Shown: in pieces, positions 63,461 through 64,000 of the stretch
Layout: each line of letters begins with the position of its first letter
Position numbering within the stretch: position 1 is the stretch's first letter
Origin: Thermoplasmata archaeon
GTDB taxonomy: Archaea > Thermoplasmatota > Thermoplasmata > Lutacidiplasmatales > UBA184
Direction: 5' to 3'
DNA length: 64,000 bases
NCBI GenBank assembly: GCA_049584655.1
Contig: JBAUYF010000007.1
Location: forward strand, 27,288-91,287
Notes under the pieces: model-generated
The model's input: only the letters and a program-made list of their open reading frames with translations
The model's database searches: none
What the model was told of the DNA's origin: nothing
Program-made: the position numbers and the translations under genes

Positions 63461-64000
63461 CGCATAGCGCGGCACTCCGAGTCGATCGTAGGCGTGGGGA
63501 AGAGATTCGCGAACGATTGGCTGCGAGCGGCGCGTTACGAACTGACCTTGAGATCCGGCGAGAGGGCGACTATCTCGTGCTTCCGGTCTTGGAATCGACG
63601 ACTCGAGATCCCGCTTGGGGAGAGTGGGTCGAAGCCGAATTCGAGGCGCTTCCTCATTCTTCCGTCCGATCATATCGGGATCTGCTCTCGTGGACGGAGG
63701 CGGACGCGCAGCTCCTTCCTCGATCCTTCGACGTCGTGGGGGACATCGTCCTGATTCGTGTTCCGGAGGAGTTGCGCGGCCGCTCTACCGAGATCGGCGA
63801 CGCTCTGCGCCGATTTGTCCCAGGTACGCGATTGGTGGGAGCCGATTTTGGCGTGCATGGCGAGGCGCGACGCCGTCGCTTGGTCGCGATCGCCGGGACC
63901 GGGCCTTGGCGGACGCGGCATCGAGAAAACGGGATTGAAATGGAGGTCGACGTCGACCGTGCGTACTTCTCCCCCCGCTTGGCTCGCGAACACGAACTCG
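63457..64000 (+). CDS. trm5: tRNA (guanine37-N1)-methyltransferase Trm5/Taw22 family, N-terminal part (runs off window end)
   Basis: GTG 63457 overlaps the apgM TGA (GTGA). SFDVVGDIVLIRVPEEL and YFSPRLAREHE are Trm5 (Met-10+) motifs. No stop before 64000. Confidence 0.75.
   Translation, partial: MTHSAALRVDRRRGEEIRERLAASGALRTDLEIRREGDYLVLPVLESTTRDPAWGEWVEAEFEALPHSSVRSYRDLLSWTEADAQLLPRSFDVVGDIVLIRVPEELRGRSTEIGDALRRFVPGTRLVGADFGVHGEARRRRLVAIAGTGPWRTRHRENGIEMEVDVDRAYFSPRLAREHEL

Noticed and set aside
1-64000. Scan for CRISPR arrays, rRNA genes, transposases, integrases, IS inverted repeats and prophage or defence-island signatures.
   Set aside because: By-eye inspection found no regularly spaced direct repeats, no recombinase or transposase motifs and no rRNA-like conserved blocks. 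The window looks like core chromosome.

Overview
This is a GC-rich archaeal chromosomal segment, almost fully coding and mostly housekeeping. Archaeal markers include Topo VI A/B, primase PriS, FEN1, RIO kinase with a KH protein, a PAC2-type proteasome chaperone, Trm5, archaeal-type phosphoglycerate mutase, a geranylgeranyl reductase family gene, class-III-signal-peptide pilins and a tiny eL41 gene. My guess of a Thermoplasmatota-like euryarchaeon is only an impression.

The largest unit is an 11-gene nuoABCDHIJKLMN operon on the minus strand with no nuoEFG. It runs with only 6 nt of spacer into a geranylgeranyl-reductase homologue and a polyprenyl synthase. Other recognisable blocks:
- coaBC-sucC-sucD followed by a coupled zinc-finger ORF
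- top6B-top6A
- rio1-KH-priS
- formiminotransferase-cyclodeaminase, RibD-C reductase and an FAH-family hydrolase
- nfeD-stomatin
- an ABC-2 exporter pair, amt and a LysE exporter

I refined many starts using 1- or 4-nt stop/start overlaps (ATGA, GTGA, TGATG). Four likely features are absent from the ORF track: an intron-containing tRNA-His, a 35-aa eL41, a 50-aa zinc ribbon and a 54-aa two-TM protein.

The most interesting locus is 55.9-57.7 kb. It encodes a tandem ribbon-helix-helix protein, an FtsZ/tubulin-family GTPase that has only the N-terminal GTPase domain plus a repeat-bearing Pro-rich tail, and a small membrane ORF. It sits next to a cluster of three pilin-like glycoproteins and a membrane protein with a cytosolic zinc ribbon.

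Other points worth a second look:
- an esterase gene split by an in-frame TAG upstream of its catalytic His
- two conserved genes (nuoL, apgM) whose conserved N-termini lie upstream of any ATG/GTG/TTG
- a 600-nt non-coding gap holding a helix-rich RNA candidate with RNase P-like motifs
- a NuoI carrying four Fe-S cluster motifs

I saw no CRISPR array, rRNA, transposase or integrase. All homology calls are by-eye motif recognition, not database searches.
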